A stretch of 64,000 nt of DNA, from NCBI GenBank assembly GCA_037441385.1, contig JBBISH010000016.1, positions 1 to 64,000 of the forward strand. Direction: 5' to 3'. This DNA comes from Myxococcales bacterium. Lineage in GTDB: Bacteria; Myxococcota_A; UBA9042. A model generated the notes under the pieces. The model ran no database searches, was not told the DNA's origin, and saw nothing but the letters and a program-made list of their open reading frames with translations. Below, in pieces: positions 51,471-62,945 of this stretch; the first letter of the stretch is position 1, and every line of letters starts with the position of its first letter. The translations under genes and the position numbers were made by a program.

Positions 51471-54400
51471 TCAGCGCACCTGCAGGTGGCCGATGGTGAC
51501 GCGGTTGTCGCCGTGCTTGATGACCCCCGGCCCGGTGGCCGAGAGCAGGGGCAGGCGGGTGTCGCTGGACGGGTTGTACCAGCCCAGGATGATCTCGCTG
51601 GGGCCGGCGTTGGTGCCAAGCGGCACCTCTTGCTCGAAGTAGTCGGCGATCACGTCGCCCGGCATCCAGTGGTTGGTCTGGAAGCAGCCGTTGCACGGCT
51701 TGTTCTCGTCTTCGCTGGGGTCCGGCTGGGTCAGGGGCCAGCGGTCCAGGTGCAGCGGGTGCGGGTGCATGAACAGCTTCCACGACACGCTGGTGGGTTT
51801 GATCACCTTCCAGTAGAGGGTCATCTTGTACTTTTGCGACCGCGACACCGCCGAGTCGGCCAGCTTGTAGCCGATCAGATGGATGGTGTTGTCAAAGTTG
51901 GCAAAAATCTTGCGCAGACCCTTCTGCTGCGCCACGTCCGCCTCGGTGATCAGCGCTTTTTTCAGCCAGTTCTGGTCTGGCTGGCTGGGCAGCAAGACGT
52001 TGGCAGCCAGCACCAGCCGCGACGAGCTGTCGTCCAGCAGGGGGATGTGCCGGCCGGCGTGCGCCTGGCGGAAGGTGTGGTTCAGGTCCGAGAAGCTGTC
52101 GCGGGGCAAAATCACAAACCGCTGCACGGCCTTTTCTGCGGCGTGTTGCCAGTCGTTTTCGCCCTTGGCCTTGTCCAGCACGATCCAGCCCTTGTTGCCG
52201 TCGTCGCCGGCCAAGCTGAGCGGTTGCGACAAGGTCAAGTCATCCTTGCCGTTTTCGACCACCGTGGCCGTCTGCCCGGCCGGCGCGTACACCGCGGCGC
52301 CCTGCCACTGGTTGGGCTGCCAGGTTGCCTTGGCCAACTTGACGCGGGTGCCCTCGGCCTTGGCGACCAGGCCAAAATACGCAGGTTGATCGCGCTGGCC
52401 GTTGTTGTCCGTGTCCAAGGCTGGCTCCCAACCCGGCAGTGCCACCAGCCGGGTCGCGCCGCCGTTGGCGTTGTCCACCACCCGCGCGGCCACGTTGTCG
52501 CCGCCCAGCATCGACAGGACCGTCTGACGATCTTCGATGATCGGCAGCGACTGCATGTAGAAGTTGTTGTCGCCGCCGCTCTGGCCGCCGTGGGCAAAAG
52601 TGCGCGGTTCGCCGTGCTCGTCGGGTCCGCTGCCACCGGCGTCGGCGATGCGCTGCAGCAGGTGCTTTTGCGAGAAGTGCAAAGACAGGTCGGGCAAGAG
52701 GTTGAACGCATAGCCGCTGGCAAAGGACACACCCCCAACCACCAGGGCCGCCATCGCCCAGCGCGGTTGCTCCAAATGGCCAAGCAGGGCCACGCCGCGG
52801 TCCAAGCCATCCCGCAACTTGGCGCGATCCAAGGCCCAGCGATTCACCGCCACTGCCGCCGCGGCCACCAGCCACAGCGCGCTGTCGGGGCTGGCCACCA
52901 GCACCTTGGCCAGGTACAGGTAGGCCTCGGAACTTGGCTGAGTCTCTTGGATATAGCGCGCGGCAAGCGGTCCGAACAGCACCTGCATGGTGACGACGCC
53001 CGCCGCCACGCTGGGCCAGGCCAACAGCGCCGGATCTCCCGCCGCAGTGCCCACCGCGACGAGCACGCCCAGCAGGGCCAACCACCAACAGCCGACCAGG
53101 TACAACGGCCAGCTCCAAGTGCCCGAAGCCTGCGACGCGCCCACGCCGATGCCGGCCACCGCTAGCAGTCCCAGCAGTCCAAGGGCCACCCCAGCGTGGT
53201 TGCGCATCCACCGCGCCAGCGGCGACCACAGCGAGTCCCGGTCGTCGTGCGGCAGCACCAGCCGCGCCACCGCCGCCGCCACCACCAACGCCACGGGCGC
53301 CAAGAACGCCGAAGAGCTCAGGCCCGCCGCAAGCGCGCCGCCGGTGCCCAGATTCGGTTGTAGCTGCAACAGCTTGCTGATCCCGCTGAACAGGACCATC
53401 GCCGCGCCCACGGCGCCCAGGGTCAGAGCCGGGACGGGGCGCGCCACCAGGCCGGCCAGGCGGGCCAGCGGCCGAACAAAGCGCCGCCATCCCGTTGGGT
53501 CGCCACCGGTCAGCAGCGTGGTCAACAGCAGCAGGCCCACGGCCGCAGCGCCCGCCATCACCTCTGGGCGCGTATCCTGGATGGTCACCCACAGCCGATC
53601 GTAGTTGTAGTTGGTTGTCTGCGCTTGGGTTTTGAGCAAGACATCCAACTTGGTGCCCAGCGACACCAGCGCGTCCAGCGCCCACGCCAGACCCAACAGG
53701 CCCAGCGTCCAGCCGGCCGCCCGCGGCGTCCGCAGCCGTTCAACCGCCGTGCGCACCGCGGCAAAGGGCTGACCCAGGCCGACCGCAAACGCCATCACTG
53801 CCAGAAGCGTGAGCATATGCAGGGGCTTGGGCAGCGTCAGCGCCTCGGGCCACACCAAGTTGCCGGTGCCGCCGGGCGGCTGCAGCGGCGGGTCAAACGC
53901 CAAGAACCGCGTGACCGAGTCGGCGCCGTGGCTGATCTCGCGGTGCAAAAGCAGCGTGGCCAGCGCGACAAACACGGCCGCTGTGCGGCCTTTGATTCGC
54001 CCTTCGAGCAAATCGACCAGCATGGCCGTGGCCGCCAGGACCATGGCTCCCGCGGCTGGCAGCACGAAGTGGTTGAAATTGTGAATGAGCACCGCCACAA
54101 CCGCGTACGGCACCGCCAGGCCCAGCAGCAGCGCCGCCCCCGCCTGCCACCGTTGCGGCGACGATTGCCGATCGCTGGCGAGCAAGCTCCCCAGGCCTAC
54201 GGCCACGGCTGGCCCCCAGGGAAAGCTGGCGAAGCCCACTTGACCAACGAACCAAGCAAAATCACGATGGTACTGATCGGGACCGCTGGAGAATGGCGCT
54301 TGGGTAAAGCGCAGCCCGCGCAGCAGCCACGAGTCTTGGTTGCCCAATACGACCATCGCCGCCACGGCCAGGAGCGCGCCGCTGCCCACCGCCACGGCCC

Positions 54401-55583
54401 AATGCGACCAGCGGCGTTCGGGCGCCACTACCAGCCACGCCATCGCCAGCGACGCGGCCACAACGGCGCCGGCAAGCCCTTGACCGAGCAAAAGGATCGC
54501 CGCGCCCAGCCCGTACCACAGCCACCACGAGCGCGCCGCCGCCGTGGCCCCCAGCGCCAAAGCCCCCACCACCAGCGCGGTGCCCAAGACCGGCGCCGTC
54601 TCCAGCGTCAGAATGCGCGCAAAACCGACCATACTGGGTAGGGTTGTCGCCGCCAACAGCGCCAGCCAGCCCGCCCGCAGCCCCCACAAGCGGCGCGCCA
54701 CGAACACGCACCACAAGCCGGCCAGCAGGACCATCAACGCCGACGGCAGCCGGGCGGAGGCCTCGCTGGGCCCCAATGCCCGCAGACTGGCCCCGGTCGC
54801 CGCTGCGTCTAGCCAGGGGATGGCCTGCAACTGCGTGTCGCGTTTGTGCACCGGCCAGGTCCACGGCGATGGCACGCCTTTGCCCAGCGATTCGCCCACC
54901 TGGGCGCGAGTTGTGGCCGCCTCCGTGCCCGCAAATAGGGGCCACAAGGATTCGCCACCATTGTCCTTTTCTAGCCAGCCCGCGGTGAGCGGCCCGCGCC
55001 AGCCTTGCGCCAGATTGCGGGCTCGCGCCTTTGCCAGGGCCTCGGTCAGCTCGCGTTGCGGCGCGCTGCTCACGAGCACGACGGCGATCCCCTTGTTCTG
55101 AGCTTCGATGGTGGCAACAGCTGCGGCTGCGTCGGCCAGGTTGCCGCCCCCTTGCACCAAGGCGTCGCCATCGATCACCAGCCCGTGGGCCACTTCGCGC
55201 CCCAGCCGCTGCGAGGCCTGCTGCAAGGCCGCCAGTGCGCTCGCCTCGGCCCGGTTGCCTGCGCGCGAAAACTGATAGCTTGCGCCGTACTTCTGCTCCA
55301 GTTCGGCCAGCAGCGTGCCCGCGGGACCGTCGACCACCAGCACCCGCGGCGCCATCGCCATGCGCCGGGCCACCGCCGCGCGGTCCATTTCCCAGGGATC
55401 CAGCAAGCCAGCGCGCCCCAAGCCGGGCAGCAGCACCGCCGCGAGCACGGCGATCGCGATCGGCCACTGCCAGCGGGTCAGCCGATCCAGCCACGCCGAC
55501 GCCGGCGCGCCGCCCGAACTCATTGCGTCGGGTGTTGTCGCGGCTTCTTGGTCAATTGAGCTGTTTTCGCGGGGTTCTGACAT
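51471..55583 (-). CDS. Large GT-C (ArnT/PMT-like) glycosyltransferase, about 1370 aa, with a C-terminal Ig-like domain
   Basis: GLLDPWE after TM1, ARLPSAL, FPWGP, more than 20 hydrophobic segments, and C-terminal NFDNTIHLIGY..TLYW..HWMPGDVIAD..GWY. Start is ATG 55583 with GAGG upstream. Confidence 0.8.
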   Translation of the reverse strand: MSEPRENSSIDQEAATTPDAMSSGGAPASAWLDRLTRWQWPIAIAVLAAVLLPGLGRAGLLDPWEMDRAAVARRMAMAPRVLVVDGPAGTLLAELEQKYGASYQFSRAGNRAEASALAALQQASQRLGREVAHGLVIDGDALVQGGGNLADAAAAVATIEAQNKGIAVVLVSSAPQRELTEALAKARARNLAQGWRGPLTAGWLEKDNGGESLWPLFAGTEAATTRAQVGESLGKGVPSPWTWPVHKRDTQLQAIPWLDAAATGASLRALGPSEASARLPSALMVLLAGLWCVFVARRLWGLRAGWLALLAATTLPSMVGFARILTLETAPVLGTALVVGALALGATAAARSWWLWYGLGAAILLLGQGLAGAVVAASLAMAWLVVAPERRWSHWAVAVGSGALLAVAAMVVLGNQDSWLLRGLRFTQAPFSSGPDQYHRDFAWFVGQVGFASFPWGPAVAVGLGSLLASDRQSSPQRWQAGAALLLGLAVPYAVVAVLIHNFNHFVLPAAGAMVLAATAMLVDLLEGRIKGRTAAVFVALATLLLHREISHGADSVTRFLAFDPPLQPPGGTGNLVWPEALTLPKPLHMLTLLAVMAFAVGLGQPFAAVRTAVERLRTPRAAGWTLGLLGLAWALDALVSLGTKLDVLLKTQAQTTNYNYDRLWVTIQDTRPEVMAGAAAVGLLLLTTLLTGGDPTGWRRFVRPLARLAGLVARPVPALTLGAVGAAMVLFSGISKLLQLQPNLGTGGALAAGLSSSAFLAPVALVVAAAVARLVLPHDDRDSLWSPLARWMRNHAGVALGLLGLLAVAGIGVGASQASGTWSWPLYLVGCWWLALLGVLVAVGTAAGDPALLAWPSVAAGVVTMQVLFGPLAARYIQETQPSSEAYLYLAKVLVASPDSALWLVAAAAVAVNRWALDRAKLRDGLDRGVALLGHLEQPRWAMAALVVGGVSFASGYAFNLLPDLSLHFSQKHLLQRIADAGGSGPDEHGEPRTFAHGGQSGGDNNFYMQSLPIIEDRQTVLSMLGGDNVAARVVDNANGGATRLVALPGWEPALDTDNNGQRDQPAYFGLVAKAEGTRVKLAKATWQPNQWQGAAVYAPAGQTATVVENGKDDLTLSQPLSLAGDDGNKGWIVLDKAKGENDWQHAAEKAVQRFVILPRDSFSDLNHTFRQAHAGRHIPLLDDSSSRLVLAANVLLPSQPDQNWLKKALITEADVAQQKGLRKIFANFDNTIHLIGYKLADSAVSRSQKYKMTLYWKVIKPTSVSWKLFMHPHPLHLDRWPLTQPDPSEDENKPCNGCFQTNHWMPGDVIADYFEQEVPLGTNAGPSEIILGWYNPSSDTRLPLLSATGPGVIKHGDNRVTIGHLQVR

Positions 55584-55630
55584 CAAGCGCCTCGTGCTGG
55601 CGGTGCCTCTGGCCAGCAGCCGAGCCGCGA

Positions 55631-55659
55631 AGTCTAGGCGTGCACGCGCAAATTGGCAA
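55631..55659 (-). promoter_or_regulatory. sigma70-type promoter for the GT-mtnA-M16 run
   Basis: Minus strand TTGCCA-17 bp-TAGACT. Confidence 0.6.
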
Positions 55660-55714
55660 ACGGTCGGCCGATCTTGCTGCTTGCTTGGGCGCCTTGGCCC
55701 GCGGGTACGCCCAC

Positions 55715-55742
55715 TTGACAGGTCGGCTGGGGCCGCCATACT
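55715..55742 (+). promoter_or_regulatory. sigma70-type promoter pointing toward dnaG-rpoD
   Basis: TTGACA-16 bp-CATACT, divergent from the promoter above. Confidence 0.6.
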
Positions 55743-55745
55743 AAC

Positions 55746-55872
55746 GGGCCGCGTTGTTGGGCAACTGTCCAGTACCGCACTACAATTTGGATAGCCGCGA
55801 AGGCCAGCGTCAGCTGGCCGAAAATCTCAGGCTTTGTCCTGAGTTGGTCAATCGGGTCGCCTGGTACGGCCC
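55746..55872 (+). ncRNA. Candidate structured RNA of unknown family
   Basis: Begins just after the -10 box. Closing stem GGGCCG/CGGCCC encloses three hairpins. No family recognised. Confidence 0.35.
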
Positions 55873-56115
55873 GGCTCCGCCAGCCTTGGCTGGCCGCTGC
55901 AAAAAACGCTCCATTCGGGAGCCAAAACCCTTGCGGGCCTGGGCACTTGCTGTGCCGCTGCGTTTGGCTTGCCTTTGGGTTCGGTTCAGCTCTGGCAGCG
56001 CACCTTCCGTCTGTTCGCCCAACCCTGCCGCGCTCTGCCGCCGGGGTTTGCAGTGGGTTGCAGCCGGCACGTCAACGAAGTTCGCGAGAGGCGTCGCGCC
56101 TACGGGTCGGCGACC

Positions 56116-56217
56116 CAAGCTAGTGTGCAGTTCAAGCCGGTGTGCAGATCAAGCTGGTGTGCAGATCAAGCTGGTGTGCAGATCAAGCTGGTGTGCAGAT
56201 CAAGCTGGTGTGCAGAC
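56116..56217 (+). repeat. Tandem repeat, 6 x 17 bp (CAAGCTGGTGTGCAGAT)
   Basis: Units start at 56116, 56133, 56150, 56167, 56184 and 56201. Units 3-5 are perfect and the others carry 1-2 mismatches. No spacers. Confidence 0.95.
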
Positions 56218-56420
56218 TTGCCTTGCGTCGGCGCGGTGGCAACCGTGCCGAGCCGGTAGATCGACCGCCGCCTTTGGCCTGGCGCAGCGTGCGTCGGCAA
56301 AAGCGGCCGCGCGATCCGGGACCGTCGCGTCGCGCGGCGAACGAGGCGGGCTGCAACAAGGCGATCCTACGGGCGAGGCCACTGCGAAGCAGGCCATTGT
56401 GGACACGGCGGAGTGAGTTG

Positions 56421-58319
56421 GTGAGCGGGCGGATTCCAGACAATCAGATTCGCGAGGTCGTCGAACGCAGCGACATGCTGCAGATCGTCGGCGACGTGGT
56501 CGAATTGCGCCGCGCGGGGACCAGCTATAAGGGGCTGTGTCCGTTCCATACGGAAAAAACACCAAGTTTTCACGTCAATCCCGGCTTGAAGCTCTACCAC
56601 TGCTATGGCTGTGGCGCAGGCGGCGACGCGATCCGCTTCGTGCGCGAGACGCGCGGCCTGTCGTTTGTCGAGGCGGTGGAATTCCTGGCTGATCGCGCCG
56701 GCCTGACCTTGGAGCGCGAGGCCGACGACCCGGCCCAAGCGCGGCAGCGCGCCCAAGAGCGCAGCGAGCGCCAGCGTCTGCTGGAGCTGGCCCGCATCGT
56801 GCAGCAATTCTTCCGATCACGCTTCGACTTGCCCGTAGGGCTGGCCGCGCGCCGCTACGCCGACAGCCGCCGCCTGGGCCCCGAGATCGCCGCTCGCTAT
56901 GGCCTGGGTGCGTCCGGGACGGGCTGGAGCGACCTGTGCGACCACTGCAAGCGCCTGGGTTGGGGCGATCGCGACCTCTTGCAGCTCGGCGTCGCCAGCG
57001 CGCGCGACTCGGGCGGGGTCTACGACCGCTTTCGCAACCGCTTGATGTTCCCGATCTTCAACGCGCAGGGCGACCTGGTGGGCTTTGGCGGTCGCACGGT
57101 GGCCGATCCGCCCGACGATGCCAAGTACATCAATTCACCTGAAGTCACCTTGGGTTCCGAGCAAGAGGGCAGCCGCTTCAAGTATTTCTACAAGAAGGGC
57201 GACACCGTCTTTGGCCTATGGCAGGCGCGCGAGGCGATCCGGCAAAGCGGCTATGCGATCTTGGTCGAAGGCAACCTGGACGTGATGACCTTGGCCCAAG
57301 CCGGCTTTCGCAATGCCGTTTGCGCCATGGGCACCGCCCTGACCGAGCAGCAGGTGGCCGCGCTGCGCCGCTTTGCCGAAAAAGTGGTGCTGGTCTACGA
57401 CGGCGACAAGGCCGGCCGCGCCGCAGCCATGAAAGCGGCGCCGCTGCTGATCGGTGCCGGATTCGATGGCAAGCTGGTGCTGATGCCCGACGGCGAAGAC
57501 CCCGACAGCTTGGTGCGCGATCACGGGCCGCAAGCCCTCCAGCAGCGCATCGACACTGCGGCGCCGCTGCTCAATGCCTACCTGGACAATTTGCTGGGCG
57601 AGTGGGACGGCTCGATCCAGGGCCGTGTCAAGATCCTGCAGGCCGCCGGGCCGTTGCTCGCGGTCATGAGCAGCCGCGATCCCACGGCCCGTGATCTCGC
57701 CTACGACTACCTGGTGGGTCGCCTGGCCAAGGACGAGACCTTGGAGCGCGGCCGCGCTCAGTACGGTCGCTACCTCGATCGCTCGATGCAGGCCGCTCCC
57801 GCCGCCAAGGCCGAGGCGCCGCTGCCGGATCCCACCTACGGCGAGCAGCCCGTGGCCACCCGCGATCAGCAGTTGCTCGAGATCCTCATTTGGTACCCGG
57901 TGTTCCTGCCCCAGGCCGAGCAGAGCGGGGTGCTCGACTGCATCGACAGCACCACGGTGCGGCTGGCGCTGCGCGACTTGTGCGCCCACGGCCGCGATCA
58001 CCACCTGGAGCTCGACGAAGTGAGCCGATGGGCTCAGCAATTGTCCGATGGGGCGATGCGCCGGCTGGTGTTGGACCGTCTGATGGCGGCAGTAACTGTG
58101 CCGGCGGCGGCGGCGGCGGCCGAATTCGAGAAGCGGGCCACGCTGGTGCTGACCGAGCATCTCAAAGATCAATTCGACGAAGCGACCCAAGCTTTGCAGT
58201 CCACGCCGCAGTCGGCGGCGCACTGGCCCGAGCTGTATGGGCGCTGGCAGAAACTGAGCGCAGAGATGCGCCGGGTGCAAAAAGGGCGCGGCCAAAGCGC
58301 GGCGGCGCGCTCGGCTTAG
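56421..58319 (+). CDS. dnaG: DNA primase
   Basis: GTG 56421 with GGAG upstream. CPFHTEKTPSF..CYGC zinc finger, DRFRNRLMFPI, KYINSPE, TOPRIM VEGNLD and YDGD. Confidence 0.97.
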   Translation: MSGRIPDNQIREVVERSDMLQIVGDVVELRRAGTSYKGLCPFHTEKTPSFHVNPGLKLYHCYGCGAGGDAIRFVRETRGLSFVEAVEFLADRAGLTLEREADDPAQARQRAQERSERQRLLELARIVQQFFRSRFDLPVGLAARRYADSRRLGPEIAARYGLGASGTGWSDLCDHCKRLGWGDRDLLQLGVASARDSGGVYDRFRNRLMFPIFNAQGDLVGFGGRTVADPPDDAKYINSPEVTLGSEQEGSRFKYFYKKGDTVFGLWQAREAIRQSGYAILVEGNLDVMTLAQAGFRNAVCAMGTALTEQQVAALRRFAEKVVLVYDGDKAGRAAAMKAAPLLIGAGFDGKLVLMPDGEDPDSLVRDHGPQALQQRIDTAAPLLNAYLDNLLGEWDGSIQGRVKILQAAGPLLAVMSSRDPTARDLAYDYLVGRLAKDETLERGRAQYGRYLDRSMQAAPAAKAEAPLPDPTYGEQPVATRDQQLLEILIWYPVFLPQAEQSGVLDCIDSTTVRLALRDLCAHGRDHHLELDEVSRWAQQLSDGAMRRLVLDRLMAAVTVPAAAAAAEFEKRATLVLTEHLKDQFDEATQALQSTPQSAAHWPELYGRWQKLSAEMRRVQKGRGQSAAARSA

Positions 58320-58391
58320 GCCGAGTTCGGACAGGGTGTAACCTCGCAAACGCCAAGCCTTCGCGGGCCGCTGGCGGAAAGGATCAGAGCG

Positions 58392-61102
<2,711 letters not shown>

Positions 61103-61106
<4 letters not shown>

Positions 61107-61131
61107 CGAACGCGCTCGCCCTCGCCATCCT
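61103..61131 (+). promoter_or_regulatory. Promoter candidate for the tRNA, overlapping the rpoD stop
   Basis: TTGACG-17 bp-CATCCT. Confidence 0.45.
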
Positions 61132-61210
61132 ATTGCGCCGCGGCGCGCACCCCCAAGGTTCGCCCGCACGGTCGGTCTTTGCGGCGGACCGGGGTCACCA
61201 AGCGGGCCTG

Positions 61211-61283
61211 GGGCCTATAGCTCAATGGTCAGAGCTGCCGGCTCATAACCGGCTGGTTCCTGGTTCGAATCCAGGTGGGCCCA
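61211..61283 (+). tRNA. tRNA with CAT anticodon, most likely tRNA-Ile2 (lysidine); CCA not encoded
   Basis: GGGCCTA/TGGGCCC acceptor with paired 1:72 (not an initiator), anticodon loop CTCATAA, T-loop TTCGAAT. Position after rpoD matches ileX-type genes. Confidence 0.9.
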
Positions 61284-61324
61284 CTGCTCGCACGCGGTCC
61301 GCGCGCCGGACACTCGAGGTCAAC

Positions 61325-62086
61325 ATGCAAGCCAATCCTTCGCCGACTGCCACCACGCCCCGCGAGATCATCGACGAGCTGCGCAAGTTGCAAAACCTCG
61401 ACGACGAGATCCGCGAGATCCGCGAACGCCGCGCCGCCCGTCAGGAACAACTCGACAAGCTCCGCAAGGTCATCGTCCACCTCGAGCGCGAGATCGACGA
61501 CAAACGCGGCAAGCTGACCGAAGCCGAGCAGTGGCACCGCACCAAGACCCTGGAACTGACCCTCGAGCGCGATCGCGCCACCAAGTCCAAGGGCAAGCTG
61601 TCCGGCGTCACCCGCTCGCGCGAGTACGTGGCCGTCAACAAAGAGCTCGACGTCATCCGCAAGAACATCGCCAAGGGCGAGGACGAAGTCGAGAAGTTGG
61701 ACAAGGCTATCGCCGACTTCCGCGCTGCCATCGCCAAAGAGCAAGAGAAGCTGGCCGATTGGCGCGCCGAGAGCGATCAAGTCGAGCGCGAGAACCAGGC
61801 CAAGCTGGCGGTGATGGACGCCAAGATCGCCGAGGTGGACGAGCGCCGCAAGGTGATCACCGACCGACTCGAGCGGGCGATCGTCCGCCGCTACGAGAAA
61901 ATCGCCGAAGCCCGCGCGGGCGCCGCGGTGGTCGAAGTGGTCGCCGAGGCGTGCACGGGCTGCAACATGAGCCTGCAGCCGCGCTTTGTCGAGATGGTGC
62001 TGCGCGCGTCCAGCCTGGTGCAGTGCCCGCACTGCAACCGCTACCTGTTCGGCGAGGCCGACCGCGCCACCGCCACGCCGGCCTGA
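61325..62086 (+). CDS. Coiled-coil protein with C-terminal C4 zinc ribbon (DUF164 family)
   Basis: GAGG RBS, LQNLDDEI, long coiled coil, CTGCNM...CPHCNRYL. Confidence 0.9.
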   Translation: MQANPSPTATTPREIIDELRKLQNLDDEIREIRERRAARQEQLDKLRKVIVHLEREIDDKRGKLTEAEQWHRTKTLELTLERDRATKSKGKLSGVTRSREYVAVNKELDVIRKNIAKGEDEVEKLDKAIADFRAAIAKEQEKLADWRAESDQVERENQAKLAVMDAKIAEVDERRKVITDRLERAIVRRYEKIAEARAGAAVVEVVAEACTGCNMSLQPRFVEMVLRASSLVQCPHCNRYLFGEADRATATPA

Positions 62087-62117
62087 TCGCACCGAAAATC
62101 GTCCAGACTCCGCCTCG

Positions 62118-62885
62118 TCAGCGCTTGAGCGACCGCAATCCCTTGGTCGCCAGCGCGTCGGCGTACTCGTTCCAGCGGCTGCCGTCGTGGGCCTTGATCC
62201 ACTGCAACGTCACGCCCGGGTGCTCGCGGAACACTTCGTAGGCGTGGATCACCAGGTCCAAATTGGCGATCGGCGCACCGCCCTTGCGCACCCAGCCTTT
62301 GGCCTTCCAGCCCTTGGCCCACTCCGTCAACGTCTTGACGCAAAGATCGCTGTCCGAGTGCACGGTCACTTCGGCGTCGCGCGGCAGGTACTCCAGCGCC
62401 CGGATCAGCGCCGTCATCTCCATGCGGTTGTTGGTGGTGTCGCGATCGCCGCCGCAGGCCTCGTGGACGATTTCGCCTTTGCTCACATACACAAAGCCCC
62501 AGCCGCCCGGTCCGGGGTTGGGATCGCAGCCGCCATCCGTAAAGATGCCGTGCTGCGGGCCCGCGGTGTATTTTTCCAAGACTTCATCGGTGGTCAGCAC
62601 TTCGCGCTCGGGAAGGCCGCGGCCAAAGGTGCGCGAGCCGTAGGCGTGGCCGGGGGGCAGTCGCCGGGGCACCACGGGGCCCGCCGGGGCGGCCGGCGCG
62701 GCCTCCGCAGTCGCGGGCGCTGGTGCGGCGGTCGACGGGCTTGGACGCCTTGAAAATCCAGCGCTTTTTTTGCCCGCGTCGCGATGCTGCATGCAGTAGC
62801 GCGGCGTCCAGTTGGGGTACTTTTTCAGGGTCTCGTCGGCAATCTCGAACGGTTTGTTGCAGACGGCACAGGTGAACTCGGCCAT
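62118..62885 (-). CDS. rnhA: Ribonuclease HI with N-terminal zinc-ribbon-like domain
   Basis: FTDGGCDPNPGPGGWG, TTNNRMEM, HSDS, WIKAH, NEYADALA; N-terminal CAVC...CMQH. Confidence 0.92.
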   Translation of the reverse strand: MAEFTCAVCNKPFEIADETLKKYPNWTPRYCMQHRDAGKKSAGFSRRPSPSTAAPAPATAEAAPAAPAGPVVPRRLPPGHAYGSRTFGRGLPEREVLTTDEVLEKYTAGPQHGIFTDGGCDPNPGPGGWGFVYVSKGEIVHEACGGDRDTTNNRMEMTALIRALEYLPRDAEVTVHSDSDLCVKTLTEWAKGWKAKGWVRKGGAPIANLDLVIHAYEVFREHPGVTLQWIKAHDGSRWNEYADALATKGLRSLKR

Positions 62886-62945
62886 TCGATCTCCGGGCGT
62901 GCGCAGGGGCTCCGCCGTGGGGCGTTTTGACAGGGAAGTTGTGAA

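Noticed and set aside
55790..55835. Glycine riboswitch (CGAAGG...AATCTCAGG resemblance)
   Set aside because: Lacks the GGAGA and GCAA elements and a second aptamer, and no glycine-related gene lies downstream.
56081..56103. REP-like element (minus strand GTAGGCGCGACGCCTCTCGCGAA)
   Set aside because: Only one copy was noticed in the window and no RAYT transposase is present, so it cannot be supported without a genome-wide count.
56116..56217. 17-bp array as a CRISPR array or plasmid iterons
   Set aside because: Units are contiguous with no unique spacers, and there are no cas or rep genes or AT-rich origin nearby.
55754..56420. 220-aa ORF, and a repeat-driven frameshift fusion to dnaG (including the ORF-track start at 56142)
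   Set aside because: TTG start with no SD and a non-protein-like translation. dnaG has its own GTG start with an SD at 56421, matching the usual N-terminus.
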